Shown: in pieces, positions 30,602 to 42,442 of the stretch
How positions within the stretch are numbered: position 1 is the first letter of the stretch
Layout: each line of letters starts with the position of its first letter
NCBI GenBank assembly: GCA_043809315.1
Contig: JAZDDX010000016.1
Location: 64,001-128,000, forward strand
Reading direction: 5' to 3'
Length of the DNA stretch: 64,000 nucleotides
Source: Pseudomonadota bacterium
GTDB taxonomy: Bacteria; Bdellovibrionota_G; JALEGL01; DATDPG01
Program-made: the position numbers and the translations under genes
The notes under the pieces: model-generated
Databases searched by the model: none
Told to the model about the DNA's origin: nothing
What the model saw: the letters and a program-made list of their open reading frames with translations, nothing else

Positions 30602-30802
30602 TCAGTACTGTTCGCGGCTTGAGGCTCTCTTCACAGATCGTTTTCTCGCCAGGAGGGACTTCTTTTTTCGACGCACACTCGGCTTCTCGTAATGCTCCCG
30701 CCGGCGAACCTCGGCCAAGATTCCGGACCGTTCGCACAGCTTTTTGAACCGCCGTAACGCGTTCTCGAAAGACTCACCCTCTCTGACTCGGACAACCGCC
30801 AT
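30602..30802 (-). CDS. rpsU: 30S ribosomal protein S21
   Basis: ALRRFKK...HYEKPS motif. Confidence 0.96.
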   Translation of the reverse strand: MAVVRVREGESFENALRRFKKLCERSGILAEVRRREHYEKPSVRRKKKSLLARKRSVKRASSREQY

Positions 30803-30918
30803 CTTTCCTTCACTCTCGCGGTAAAAGTTTAATCTTCTCGGTTACTTAACCACTCCCCGAAAAGCGGCGTAATTAACACCAGTTTTGGGGTTTCGTCAAG
30901 CGTTCAAGTATCTTTTCT

Positions 30919-30961
30919 GGGGACACAATACGGATTTCGAAGAAATCCGTATTGTGTCCCC
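30919..30961. repeat. Perfect 20-bp palindrome with 3-nt loop, immediately downstream of metK
   Basis: GGGGACACAATACGGATTTC-GAA-GAAATCCGTATTGTGTCCCC. Confidence 0.85.
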
Positions 30962-30964
30962 CGA

Positions 30965-32128
30965 TTAAACGGACTTGCGAAGAGCGTCGACCATATCGTC
31001 ACGCTCCCAGCTAAAGCCGTCCTTGCCACGCCCGAAATGCCCGTAGGACGCGGTCTTCCGGTAGATCGGCCGGAGAAGGTTCAGCTTGTCGATGAGCCCC
31101 TTCGGCTTGAGCGGGAAGACCTCATGTACGGCCGCAACGAGCTTCTCGTCCGACACCTTCGAGGTCCCGAACGAATCGACCATGAGCGACACCGGCTCGG
31201 CGACACCGATCGCGTAGGCGATCTGGACTTCACACCGCTCGGCCAAGCCAGCCGCAACGATGTTCCGCGCAATGTATCGGGCCATGTACGAAGCGCTCCG
31301 GTCGACCTTGGACGGATCCTTGCCGGAAAACGCCCCGCCGCCGTGCCGCCCCCACCCGCCGTACGTGTCAACGATGATCTTCCGCCCCGTCAGGCCGCAA
31401 TCCCCCATCGGCCCGCCGACCGCGAACCGCCCGGTCGGGTTGACAAGATACTTGGTCTTCGAATCGAGCATCTCTTTCGGGAGCGACTTGCGGATAACCT
31501 CTTCCGTCAGTCCTTCCTTGATCTGCTCGTACGTCACTTCCGGCATGTGCTGCGCGGAGAGAACGACCGTGTCGATCCGGACCGGTTTGTTGTCGACGTA
31601 GTCGACCGTCACCTGCCCTTTGCCATCGGGGCGAAGCCACTTGAGCTTCCCGTTCCGGCGGACCTCCGCCAACTTCCGCATCATCGCGTGCGCGTAGTAA
31701 ATCGGAGAGGGCATGTATTCGTCGTTCTCGTTGCAGGCGTACCCGAACATCATCCCCTGGTCGCCGGCCCCCTGCTCCTTGAAGAGCCCCTGCCCCTCGG
31801 TCACCCCTTGCGAAATGTCGGGGCTCTGACGACCGATCGAGACCTCGATCGTCGATCGTTTCGCGTCGAAGCCGATCGACGGATCGGTGTACCCGATCTC
31901 GGAGATCGTGTTACGGGCCACTTCCTCGTAGTTGACCGACGCATTCGTGGTCACCTCGCCGGCCATGTGAACGAACCCGGGGCCGACCATCACTTCACAC
32001 GCGACCCGCCCCTTCGGATCTTTCGTCAGGATGGCGTCCAGAACGGCATCGGAGATCTGATCGCAGACCTTGTCCGGATGCCCTTCGGCGACCGACTCGG
32101 ACGTGAACGAATATTTTCCTTTTCCCAT
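30965..32128 (-). CDS. metK: S-adenosylmethionine synthetase
   Basis: FTSESV.EGHPDK, GAGDQG and GGGAFSGKD motifs. Confidence 0.97.
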   Translation of the reverse strand: MGKGKYSFTSESVAEGHPDKVCDQISDAVLDAILTKDPKGRVACEVMVGPGFVHMAGEVTTNASVNYEEVARNTISEIGYTDPSIGFDAKRSTIEVSIGRQSPDISQGVTEGQGLFKEQGAGDQGMMFGYACNENDEYMPSPIYYAHAMMRKLAEVRRNGKLKWLRPDGKGQVTVDYVDNKPVRIDTVVLSAQHMPEVTYEQIKEGLTEEVIRKSLPKEMLDSKTKYLVNPTGRFAVGGPMGDCGLTGRKIIVDTYGGWGRHGGGAFSGKDPSKVDRSASYMARYIARNIVAAGLAERCEVQIAYAIGVAEPVSLMVDSFGTSKVSDEKLVAAVHEVFPLKPKGLIDKLNLLRPIYRKTASYGHFGRGKDGFSWERDDMVDALRKSV

Positions 32129-32208
32129 CGAATTCTCCTTGGAACGGTTTCGGTTCTGCTTCTTGGGTCTCAAAGGTCGAAAGCTCTACCACCCCCCCTT
32201 TTCGGGCG

Positions 32209-33966
32209 TCAAGCCCAAAGGCCGGGGAGGTGCTTCCGGTAGCAGGCGGTCAGATAGGCCCGGATCTCCTCGGTGTCGTCCATCCGGCAGACGTCGTTCA
32301 CCCATTTCTTCGCGTCCGCCATCGTCGTCTCGCGGATGATCTGTTTCACCTTCGGGATGGACGCCGCGTTGACCGAGAGAAAGTTGAACTCCATCCCGAC
32401 CAGGAGCGGGATGAAGAACGGCTCGCTCGCCATCTCGCCGCAGACCCCGACCTCGATCGCCGACTTGTGCCCCAGATCGGCCACCCGCCGGAGCAACTGA
32501 ATGAACGCCCCGTGAAGCGGCGTGTACAGATCGGCCACCAGCTCGTTCCCGCGATCAACCGCCATCGTGTACTGGATCAGGTCATTCGTCCCGATCGAGA
32601 GGAAGTCGACCTCCGCCGCGAACTGGTTCGCGCTGAGCGCTGCCGACGGGATCTCGATCATCGTCCCGGTCCGGATCTCCCGATCAAACGGGATCTTCTG
32701 AGCTTCGAGTTCCCCTTTGAGATCCCGGAGGATCTGATTCGCCTTCCGGACCTCCTCGACGGTCGAAACCATCGGATAGAGAATCGCGGCCTTGCCAAAG
32801 GCGCTGGCGCGGAGGATGGCGCGAAGCTGGGTCCGGAGAACCTCCTCGGCTTGAAGCAGGAAACGGATCCCGCGAAGCCCGAGAGCCGGGTTCCGGTCCG
32901 AACGGAACCCCGTCGGGGGACCGACCAGCGAGTCCCCGGCAACGTCGAGAACCCGGATGACGGTCTCCCGGGGCTTTAATGCCGAGACGATCTCCTTGTA
33001 ACTCTCGAACTGTTCCTCCTCCGTCACCGGAAGGGTCTTTCCGAGGAATGCGTATTCGGTCCGCAGGAGTCCCACCCCTTCGGCTCCGTTTTCGAGAACC
33101 GCCTCCACCTCTTCCGCAAGATCGATGTTCGCCAGCAGGTGGACCTCGTACAGATCTTTCGTCTCCGCCTTGTGGTGGCGGTTCTTGAGAAGCTCTTTCC
33201 GGGCGGAGAGGTACTGCTTCTGCTTCGCTTCGTACGCGGTCCACACCTCCGGCTCGGGCCGGACGATCACGACCCCGTCAGTGCCATCGACGATGATCCG
33301 TTCGCCGTTCTGCACCTCGAACGAGACCATCCCGCTTCCGACCACCATCGGAATCCCGAAGGAGCGGGCGATGATCGAAATATGGGAAGTCCTCCCTCCC
33401 CCGTCCATCGTGACACCGGAAAGACTCTCCCGGTTGATCTTCAGGAGATCGGCCGGGGATATTTCGTGGGCCACCAGAACGGTTTTCCGGTGGATCGAGA
33501 CAAAACCCTGCTCCTTCGTACCGACCAAAAGACGGAGGAGGCGCTCTTCCGCGTATTCGATGTCGCTCCGCCGGTCGCGGAAATATTCGTCGTCGATCCG
33601 GTCGAACAGCTTCTTGAACTGCTCGATCGATTTTTGCACCGCCCACTCGGCATTGATCCCCTCCGCTTGGATCATCTCCCGCGTATCGTCGGTCAGACTC
33701 CGATCCTCGAGCATCAAAATCTGCGCATCGATCAGGTAGACATGATCCTCTCCCTGTTCGTCGCTCACTTTCTTCCGGAGCTGCTTCAGCTGATCGCGGG
33801 CGCTTTGGAGAGCCGAATTGAACCGCGCGATTTCGAACGCCACCTCGTCGCGGTCGACCGACCGCCGAGCGATCACGACCTTCCCGCGATCGAGTTGGTG
33901 CGCGTACCCCAGCGCCACACCGGGGGAAGCTGCCAATCCGCGGAAGGTGAGGCTCTTCCCCTTCAT
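32209..33966 (-). CDS. ptsI: PTS enzyme I (PEP-protein phosphotransferase, no GAF domain)
   Basis: GGRTSH, GLLRTE, NPALGLRG, SIGTNDL and CGE motifs. Confidence 0.9.
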   Translation of the reverse strand: MKGKSLTFRGLAASPGVALGYAHQLDRGKVVIARRSVDRDEVAFEIARFNSALQSARDQLKQLRKKVSDEQGEDHVYLIDAQILMLEDRSLTDDTREMIQAEGINAEWAVQKSIEQFKKLFDRIDDEYFRDRRSDIEYAEERLLRLLVGTKEQGFVSIHRKTVLVAHEISPADLLKINRESLSGVTMDGGGRTSHISIIARSFGIPMVVGSGMVSFEVQNGERIIVDGTDGVVIVRPEPEVWTAYEAKQKQYLSARKELLKNRHHKAETKDLYEVHLLANIDLAEEVEAVLENGAEGVGLLRTEYAFLGKTLPVTEEEQFESYKEIVSALKPRETVIRVLDVAGDSLVGPPTGFRSDRNPALGLRGIRFLLQAEEVLRTQLRAILRASAFGKAAILYPMVSTVEEVRKANQILRDLKGELEAQKIPFDREIRTGTMIEIPSAALSANQFAAEVDFLSIGTNDLIQYTMAVDRGNELVADLYTPLHGAFIQLLRRVADLGHKSAIEVGVCGEMASEPFFIPLLVGMEFNFLSVNAASIPKVKQIIRETTMADAKKWVNDVCRMDDTEEIRAYLTACYRKHLPGLWA

Positions 33967-34247
33967 GTCGCTTCCTCGCGGAAACCGCTGGAGATCAGTT
34001 GCACAATCGCCGCCGCGGCCGCTTCCTGATCGACCCCCGCAGCTTCGATCCGGATCAGGGTCCCTTTTCTCGCCCCCAGCGCGAGCAATCCCATGATGCT
34101 CTTCGCGTTGGCGGAAAGACCGTCCGCCGACAGAATGATTTCGGAGGAAAAACTCCCGGCCATTTTGACCAGGGCGGTCGCCGAACGGGTGTGCAAGCCG
34201 AGATCGTTCACGATCACGGCTTCGGCGTAGTGAGGTTTTCCGCTCAT
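33963..34247 (-). CDS. ptsH: HPr phosphocarrier
   Basis: GLHTRSA (His15) and NAKSIMG (Ser46) motifs. Confidence 0.9.
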   Translation of the reverse strand: MSGKPHYAEAVIVNDLGLHTRSATALVKMAGSFSSEIILSADGLSANAKSIMGLLALGARKGTLIRIEAAGVDQEAAAAAIVQLISSGFREEAT

Positions 34248-34636
34248 CCAAGGCCCCGCTGAATATGGTCCCGCCCGTATTTCTCGAGTAACGCCGCCAG
34301 CTCCGGGAGCGGATGCTCGGCGGCGATCTGGACCGCTTTCATCACCAGCGGCAAGTTGATCCCGCCGATCACCTCGACGTTCCGTTCCCTGCGGAGCGAA
34401 CACGCGACATTGAACGGGGTTCCCCCCGGAATTTCGGTCAAGATCAGGACCCCCCCCCCTTGATCGATCGCATCCACCGCCTTCCGGACTTTGGCGGACG
34501 CCTCCTCCCAATGATCCTCCCGCCGGATCGCCAGCGACTTGAACGTCGCCGGTTTCCCGAGGAGTTCCGTGATCAGCGTCGAAACGCTCGTTGCAAGCCC
34601 ACCCGTCGAGACCAGAAGGATTCCGACCGGTTTCAT
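34244..34636 (-). CDS. PTS EIIA, mannose family, lacking the canonical His
   Basis: GVLILTE.PGGTPFN and GINLPL motifs; VSTG where the family has (T/S)HG. Confidence 0.85.
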   Translation of the reverse strand: MKPVGILLVSTGGLATSVSTLITELLGKPATFKSLAIRREDHWEEASAKVRKAVDAIDQGGGVLILTEIPGGTPFNVACSLRRERNVEVIGGINLPLVMKAVQIAAEHPLPELAALLEKYGRDHIQRGLG

Positions 34637-35490
34637 CCCCGCTCCAGATCCCGATGAATGATTCGGGGGGAGTATCCGAGCCCCTTTAACTCCTTCGCGA
34701 GCTGCGTCGCCATCACCACCGACCGATGGCGCCCCCCGGTGCAACCGACCGCCACGTGCAGATAGCTCTTCCCTTCCCGTTCATAGCGGGGAATCACGAA
34801 CTCCAGCATCCGCTTCATCTCCCCGACCATCTCGCCCGCATCGGGCTGGGAAAGAACGAAATCGATCACGTCGGGATCGGTGCCGCTCTTGGTCTTGAGA
34901 TCGGCCTTGAAAAACGGGTTCGCGAGGAACCGGACATCGAAGACGAGGTCGGACTGCGTCGGTAACCCGTGTTTGTATCCAAAGGATGTCAACGTGATCG
35001 TCATCGTCTTTTCGGTCGGAGCAGCGCCATATCGCTCGGTCAGAGTCCGTCGAAGATCGGCCGACGAAAACTCGCTCGTATCGAGAACGGCGTCGGCACT
35101 CTTCCGGACGACAGCAAGCAACTTCCGCTCCTCGGCGATCCCGTCCGTCGGCGATCCCGAAGGAGAGAGCGGATGCCGGTGGCGGGTCTCGCTGAAACGA
35201 CGGACCAGAACCTCGTCCGACGCCTCCAGGAAAAGCAACTCGACGTGGAATCCATCTTTGACCGCCTTCTTGAAGATCTGCGGAAGATCCCCGATGTTGC
35301 GACGGTCCCGCGCGTCGATCACGAGCGCCAGCTTTGTGATTTCGCTGCCGAACTGCCCCGTCAACGCGAGAAGTTGAGGCAGGATCGAGACGGGAAGGTT
35401 GTCGATGCAGTAGTACCCGAGATCCTCGAGCGTCTTGACCGCGGAGGATTTCCCGGAACCGGAATACCCGGAGATTACGAGGGCCCGCAA
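34633..35490 (-). CDS. rapZ: RNase adapter RapZ
   Basis: SGYSGSGKS, DNLP, SFGYKHG, DVRFL.NP and GCTGGRHRSV motifs; TTG start after GGGAG. Confidence 0.93.
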   Translation of the reverse strand: MRALVISGYSGSGKSSAVKTLEDLGYYCIDNLPVSILPQLLALTGQFGSEITKLALVIDARDRRNIGDLPQIFKKAVKDGFHVELLFLEASDEVLVRRFSETRHRHPLSPSGSPTDGIAEERKLLAVVRKSADAVLDTSEFSSADLRRTLTERYGAAPTEKTMTITLTSFGYKHGLPTQSDLVFDVRFLANPFFKADLKTKSGTDPDVIDFVLSQPDAGEMVGEMKRMLEFVIPRYEREGKSYLHVAVGCTGGRHRSVVMATQLAKELKGLGYSPRIIHRDLERG

Positions 35491-36038
35491 AGTTTCTCCC
35501 GGTGTTTCCGCTCGAACTCGAGGGCCGAATCTTTTCCGCCCCAGCGCAGGATCTGATTCCGCGCCGCAACCTCGACGATCGTGGTCAGGTTTCTCCCCTT
35601 CCAAGACGGAACCCGGATATGCGGAACATCCCTCCCTTGGATCTGCTTCTCACGGATTTCGATCCCGAGCCGATCGATGTTGTTCTTCACCTCCAGGGGA
35701 ACCAGTTCGAGGATCATGTCGACCTTCTTGAAGTCGCGAACCGCCGCCGCCCCGTACAGATCCTGGACGTTTAAAATCCCCAGCCCCCGCACTTCAATAA
35801 AGTAACGCGAGATCTCCGGCGCGAACCCGATCAGGTCCCCCGCCGCGTCTTTCCGAATGACGACCAGATCATCCGCCACCAGACGATGATTCCGCGCGAT
35901 CAGGTCAAGCGCACACTCGCTCTTCCCCACCCCGCTCGGTCCCATAATGAGCACGCCGACACCGTAGACGTCCATCAGGACGCCGTGAACGGACACGGTC
36001 CCTTTAGTACTGGGCGTCTTTCTCGGCGATCGCTTCAT
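35475..36038 (-). CDS. hprK: HPr kinase/phosphorylase, C-terminal catalytic domain only
   Basis: HGVL, GPSGVGKSE, LVADD, EVRGLGI and GRNL motifs; 187 aa. Confidence 0.88.
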   Translation of the reverse strand: MKRSPRKTPSTKGTVSVHGVLMDVYGVGVLIMGPSGVGKSECALDLIARNHRLVADDLVVIRKDAAGDLIGFAPEISRYFIEVRGLGILNVQDLYGAAAVRDFKKVDMILELVPLEVKNNIDRLGIEIREKQIQGRDVPHIRVPSWKGRNLTTIVEVAARNQILRWGGKDSALEFERKHREKLCGPS

Positions 36039-36465
36039 AAACCCGTCGGCCAGATTCCGCAGTAAAGAGATGTTCGCGAAAGGTGGTGTCGTGGAGAAAC
36101 TTCGAGATGCGGGCCAAAACTTTGAGGTGGACCTCGTTCGCTCCGACCGGACCGATGATGAGAAAGATTAGGTGAACCGGCTTTCCGTCGATCGCATCGA
36201 ACGAGATGCCGGTCTTGCTGCGGCCGAAGACGGCGATCTGTTGGATGGCTTTCGGGTGTTTGGCGTGTGGGATCGCGATCCCGCTCCCGATCCCGGTCGA
36301 ACTCAACCGCTCCCGCTCCATTACGAGCGAAAAAAGATCCTCCTCGCCGAGATCCGGGTAGATTTTCGAAATCCCCGCGATCATCTCCCGCAGGGCCTCT
36401 TCCTTGGTCCCGGCGTTGAGGTCGGGGAAGATCAGCGGCTCCCGCATGATCTCCTTGAGCTTCAC
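36004..36465 (-). CDS. ptsN: PTS EIIA, Ntr/Fru family
   Basis: RE..SSTGIG.GIAIPH and HLKVLARIS motifs. Confidence 0.88.
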   Translation of the reverse strand: MKLKEIMREPLIFPDLNAGTKEEALREMIAGISKIYPDLGEEDLFSLVMERERLSSTGIGSGIAIPHAKHPKAIQQIAVFGRSKTGISFDAIDGKPVHLIFLIIGPVGANEVHLKVLARISKFLHDTTFREHLFTAESGRRVYEAIAEKDAQY

Positions 36466-36491
36466 GGCTGAGTAATTACACGAAATGCGGA

Positions 36492-36536
36492 TGGGACACC
36501 ATGAGAATGGTGTCCCAGAACCCTATGGTGTCACCC
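36492..36536. repeat. GACACC-core palindrome plus a third half-site
   Basis: TGGGACACCAT-GAGA-ATGGTGTCCCA followed by ATGGTGTCACCC. Confidence 0.65.
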
Positions 36537-36848
36537 ACCTACTTCAGTGCGGATACCGTTCCGGGGCTTGATGATCTTGTCGTGGTGCCGCTTGAGTACC
36601 TTCTCCACCTTGTCGGCCGCCCCTGTGATCGACTTGTACATGTCCTCGCTGGAAACCTTGCCGGTGGCCCGGACCCCTTTCGCGGTGAAAACGACCTCGG
36701 CGATTTGCATGTATTTTTCCACGGTCAGGATGACGTGAGCTTCTTTGGCCGATTCAAAGTACCGGTCGAGCCGTTCCAGATGCTCGTTGACGAAGTCTTT
36801 GAGGGCCGAGCTGCTGTCCATGTGCCGAAACGTGATCGTGGTCTTCAT
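36531..36848 (-). CDS. hpf: Ribosome hibernation promoting factor (short HPF/RaiA)
   Basis: ITFRHMDSS.AL and DMY.SI motifs; downstream of rpoN. Confidence 0.9.
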   Translation of the reverse strand: MKTTITFRHMDSSSALKDFVNEHLERLDRYFESAKEAHVILTVEKYMQIAEVVFTAKGVRATGKVSSEDMYKSITGAADKVEKVLKRHHDKIIKPRNGIRTEVGG

Positions 36849-36862
36849 GCGCTGCCTCCCGA

Positions 36863-38308
36863 TTAAAAGAGTCGCTTCCGTTTGGAAGACGACAGGATTC
36901 CAAGCATTTCGCGGTATTTCGCGACGGTCCGTCGCGCGATATCGATGTTGTTCTGTCGAAGTAGTTCCACCACCTCCTGGTCGCTGTATGGCTTCCGGCC
37001 ATCCTCCCCCGTGATGATCTCCCGGATCCGCTCCTTGACCGCTTCCGACGCCACGTCCGCCCCCTCGACCCTCCGGATGCTCGAGTTGAAAAAGAATTTC
37101 AACTCAAAGATCCCCTGCGGGGTATGGACGTATTTGTTCGACGTGACCCGGCTGACTGTCGACTCGTGCATCCCGATGTCCTCAGCGACGTCCCGCAAGA
37201 CCATGGGATGGAGATACGTGATCCCACGGTCGAGAAAGTCCTTCTGCATCTTCACGATCGACTCGGTCACTTTGTAGATCGTCCTCTGCCGCTGATGGAT
37301 CGAACGAATCAGCCAGACCGCGGAGCGGAGCCGGTCGTTGATGTACTCCTTCGTAAGTCCCGTCGATTTGTTTCCACGCAGAACGCTTTGGTAGAGGTTC
37401 GAGATCCGGAGTTTCGGGAGTCCGTCCTCGTTCTGAACGATCATGTACTCGTCTTTGACCTTATAGACGTAAATGTCGGGGGTGATGTACTGGGCGCTCT
37501 CATCGTAGAACTGGCGCCCCGGTTTCGGTTCCAGCGCGGAGACCGCTTTGACTGCAACGATCACGGTCTCCATATCCGAATCGGTCGCTTTGGCGATCGC
37601 CGGATAGTTCTTCCGTTCCAGATCGCTCAAATGATCTTGGATGATCCTTCGCACGAGAGAGTCATTGGGGAGCTGCTTCGTCTGGATCAGGAGACATTCC
37701 CGCAGGTCGCGGGCGCCGACGCCGATCGGGTCGAGTTCCTGGATCCGCGCCAGAACATGCTCCACCTCGTCTTCGGTACAACGAAGCTTAGAGGCCAGCT
37801 CCTCCGCCGTCGCCCGGAGATACCCGTCCTCATCGAGGTTCCCGAGGATCACCTCGGCGACTTTCTGTTCCCGTTCGTCGAAGCGGGAGAGCTTGACCTG
37901 CCAGAGGAGGTGTTCGGTCAGCGTGTCGGAACGGGTGAGAGATGATTCGAAGCTCGGAAGGTCCGGGTCAACGTCACGGTAGGTGTTGTCCCCGACCGCG
38001 CGGTACGGCTGGCTGTTGAGGTAGTTCTCCCAATTGATGTCGTCCGTCCCCTCCCCTTTGGCCGGATTCACCTCCTGAGTCTTCTCCTCTTTCGCCTTGG
38101 CCTTCTTCTGCTCGTCTTCCTCCTCCTTCTCGACCTCCTCGCTTCCATCCAGCCCTTCCTCGAGAACCGGGTTCTCGAGCATCTCCGTCATGCAGTGCTC
38201 GGCCAATTCGAGACGATTCAGTTGCAGCAGCTTGATCGCTTGCTGCAACTGCGGCGTCATTACGAGTTGTTGGCTTAGGCGGAGACTCTGTTTGAGTTCA
38301 AGAGCCAT
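36863..38308 (-). CDS. rpoN: RNA polymerase sigma54 factor
   Basis: MTPQLQQAIKLLQL, HESTVSR and ARRTVAKYRE (RpoN box). Confidence 0.97.
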   Translation of the reverse strand: MALELKQSLRLSQQLVMTPQLQQAIKLLQLNRLELAEHCMTEMLENPVLEEGLDGSEEVEKEEEDEQKKAKAKEEKTQEVNPAKGEGTDDINWENYLNSQPYRAVGDNTYRDVDPDLPSFESSLTRSDTLTEHLLWQVKLSRFDEREQKVAEVILGNLDEDGYLRATAEELASKLRCTEDEVEHVLARIQELDPIGVGARDLRECLLIQTKQLPNDSLVRRIIQDHLSDLERKNYPAIAKATDSDMETVIVAVKAVSALEPKPGRQFYDESAQYITPDIYVYKVKDEYMIVQNEDGLPKLRISNLYQSVLRGNKSTGLTKEYINDRLRSAVWLIRSIHQRQRTIYKVTESIVKMQKDFLDRGITYLHPMVLRDVAEDIGMHESTVSRVTSNKYVHTPQGIFELKFFFNSSIRRVEGADVASEAVKERIREIITGEDGRKPYSDQEVVELLRQNNIDIARRTVAKYREMLGILSSSKRKRLF

Positions 38309-38425
38309 CGAGGGAGAGGACAAGAATACCATCCCCACTCTGGCCCTGTCTATGCATGCGGCGTACCGAGCGCGAATTACTCTTTAATTTCAACGCGCTA
38401 CGTTGGCACGGATCTGGAATACAAA

Positions 38426-39442
38426 TCACGCAAGGGCGGAACGCAACGATCTCAAACCATTCGCCAACGTCCGGGTCGAGTCTTCGACGGCGCTCGGTTC
38501 GTACCCGCAATGGGCCATGCAATCGACACATTTCGGGTTCCCACTCGCCCGGTCGTATTTCGTCCAATCGGTCTTCTCCAGAAGCTCTTTGAACGTCGGA
38601 AGATGACCGTCGGCGAACAGATAACAGGGCTGTTGCCATCCGAAGATCGAATAGTTCGGATTTCCCCACGGCGTGCATTCGTACTCGATCTTCCCTTGCA
38701 GAAAATCCAGATAGAACGGCGAGTGGTTCATCTTCCAGCGGCTCTTCCGCTCGCGGCCGATTTCGAAAATCCGCTGGAAAAGCCCGGTCGTTTTTGCCCG
38801 TTTCAAGAAGTGGTCCTGATCCGGGGCTTTCTCGTACGAAAAACCTGGGGCGACCGTCATCCCGTCGACGTTGAGAGAGGTGACGGTATCGAAGAAATCG
38901 GCGATCTCGGTCGACTCCTCACCGTCGAAGATCGTCGTGTTCGTCGTCACGCGGAATCCCTTGCCCTTGGCTAGCTTGATGGCAGCGACCGCTTTTTCGA
39001 AAACTCCTTCGCGACAGACCAGTTCGTCGTGTCGTTTTTTGAGTCCGTCGAGATGGACGTTGAACGTGAGGTATACCGACGGCGTGAATCTCGGGAGGTT
39101 CCTCTCGAGAAGGATCGCGTTGGTGCAGAGGTAGACGAACTTTTTCCGAAAAACCAGCCCGTTCACGATCTCGGCGATCTGCGGATGGATCAGAGGCTCC
39201 CCCCCGGCGACGGAAACGACCGGGGCACCGCATTCTTCCGCCGCTCGGAAACATTCCTCCGGCGAGAGCGTCTTCTTCAGAATCTCTTCGGGGAATTGGA
39301 TCTTCCCGCACCCGACGCACTCCAGGTTGCAGCGATAGAGAGGCTCCAGCATCAGGACGAGCGGAAACTGTTTTCGCCCCAGAAGCTTCTGCTTCATGAC
39401 GTAGCCGCCGACGCGCGCGACCTGTTTGAGCGGGACACCCAT
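38426..39442 (-). CDS. hpnH: Adenosyl-hopene transferase HpnH (radical SAM)
   Basis: PLVLMLEPLYRCNL.C.GCGK, CTPWGNP and C..CMAHCGYE motifs. Confidence 0.9.
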   Translation of the reverse strand: MGVPLKQVARVGGYVMKQKLLGRKQFPLVLMLEPLYRCNLECVGCGKIQFPEEILKKTLSPEECFRAAEECGAPVVSVAGGEPLIHPQIAEIVNGLVFRKKFVYLCTNAILLERNLPRFTPSVYLTFNVHLDGLKKRHDELVCREGVFEKAVAAIKLAKGKGFRVTTNTTIFDGEESTEIADFFDTVTSLNVDGMTVAPGFSYEKAPDQDHFLKRAKTTGLFQRIFEIGRERKSRWKMNHSPFYLDFLQGKIEYECTPWGNPNYSIFGWQQPCYLFADGHLPTFKELLEKTDWTKYDRASGNPKCVDCMAHCGYEPSAVEDSTRTLANGLRSLRSALA

Positions 39443-39527
39443 GGGGCGCCTTCGTAGCACGGGGGGGCTGGAATCTCAATGGGTTAGCTTCTTCTTGGCC
39501 GGCATTCTTTTTGCTATTTACTCCCCC

Positions 39528-40208
39528 ATGAGGCGTTTTCTGTTCCTTTTGCTCCTGGCGCTCCCCCTCCCTCTGCAGGCCCAGTTCTTGGCCGTAGAGG
39601 TTTCTGGCCCGCCGCTCAAATACACGAAAGGGGAGATCCGCCGTCTCGTGGCCCAAGCGGTTCGGGAGATCGAGCCAGAGATGCCCTGGGAACTGGCGGA
39701 TACTCAGGAGTGGTCCGACTATATGAACTTTTCGCACTTCGTGCCGCTTTCATGTGACGGGGAAGATGCGAAGCTCGACTTCGCCTGGGTTGCCGACGAA
39801 AATCCGCGCCGCGCTCTCCCCATGGGGGAGGTGATCGAAACCGGGAAGTTCCGTTTTTGGTGGCAGTATTGCAACTACTACGCCGACAATCCGGGCTTCA
39901 GCTGTTTGGATGAGATCCACGCCACCGTCTTCCACGAGGCGATCCATTACCGGCAGAAGAAGCGGTTGGGACTGAATGCGATCCAGCTTTGGGGGAGTTG
40001 TAGCCACTACCAGTGCCGGGAGGTGGAGGCGTATCTGACCGAGATCCGCGCGGGGACGATCCCGGAGGAAGCTCTTCCGTACGGCGCTCCGAGACTGAAG
40101 TTCTACGTCAGTGGGTGCGAGAATTCTTATTTCAAGGTCGGATTCAAGAAGCAGTTAACCGCTCTGAAAGAGATCCTCCGATCCCTCCCGCCCATACCGA
40201 CCGAATAA
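39528..40208 (+). CDS. Secreted hypothetical protein with a zincin-like HEXXH motif
   Basis: Signal peptide, FHEAIH, downstream EVEAY. Confidence 0.65.
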   Translation: MRRFLFLLLLALPLPLQAQFLAVEVSGPPLKYTKGEIRRLVAQAVREIEPEMPWELADTQEWSDYMNFSHFVPLSCDGEDAKLDFAWVADENPRRALPMGEVIETGKFRFWWQYCNYYADNPGFSCLDEIHATVFHEAIHYRQKKRLGLNAIQLWGSCSHYQCREVEAYLTEIRAGTIPEEALPYGAPRLKFYVSGCENSYFKVGFKKQLTALKEILRSLPPIPTE

Positions 40209-40281
40209 CACTCCTTAGGCATATCAGCGGGTTGCCGGCTGGCATTGACTAAAAAATCTTTTTCATGAAAAATCATTGATT

Positions 40282-40494
40282 ATGAAGACGACGTCTCTCT
40301 CCACGGTGATCGGAGCCCCGGTCAAAAGCGCGGTGGTCGAATTCTGCCGCCGGAAGGGACTGAAGTTGCGACATTTCATCGAGGAGGCCCTTCTGGAGCG
40401 GTTGGAAGACGAACTTGATTTAGAGACTTTTCGGGCACGGAAGAACGAGGAGACGGTCTCGTTCGAAGAGGTCCTCCGAAGCCGAAAGAAGTAG
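40282..40494 (+). CDS. Type II TA antitoxin (RHH/RelB-like)
   Basis: Small; FIEEALLERLEDELDL...VSFEEV; directly upstream of the RelE gene; palindrome TTTTTCATGAAAAA at 40259-40272. Confidence 0.75.
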   Translation: MKTTSLSTVIGAPVKSAVVEFCRRKGLKLRHFIEEALLERLEDELDLETFRARKNEETVSFEEVLRSRKK

Positions 40495-40506
40495 CCTCTC
40501 CCCGCC

Positions 40507-42364
<1,858 letters not shown>

Positions 42365-42391
42365 TCACCCCTCCTGGCTGATTTTGGGCAG

Positions 42392-42415
42392 AAAAAAAGG
42401 GGCAGAAGCCCCTTT
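42392..42415 (-). terminator. Rho-independent terminator after rpsI
   Basis: Minus strand AAAGGGGC-TTCT-GCCCC followed by T7. Confidence 0.75.
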
Positions 42416-42442
42416 CTTCCCGAAACAATTCGGAAGTTTCGT

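Noticed and set aside
32129-32208. Possible SAM riboswitch upstream of metK (or SAH riboswitch before ahcY)
   Set aside because: Leaders are too short and show no aptamer motifs that I can recognise.
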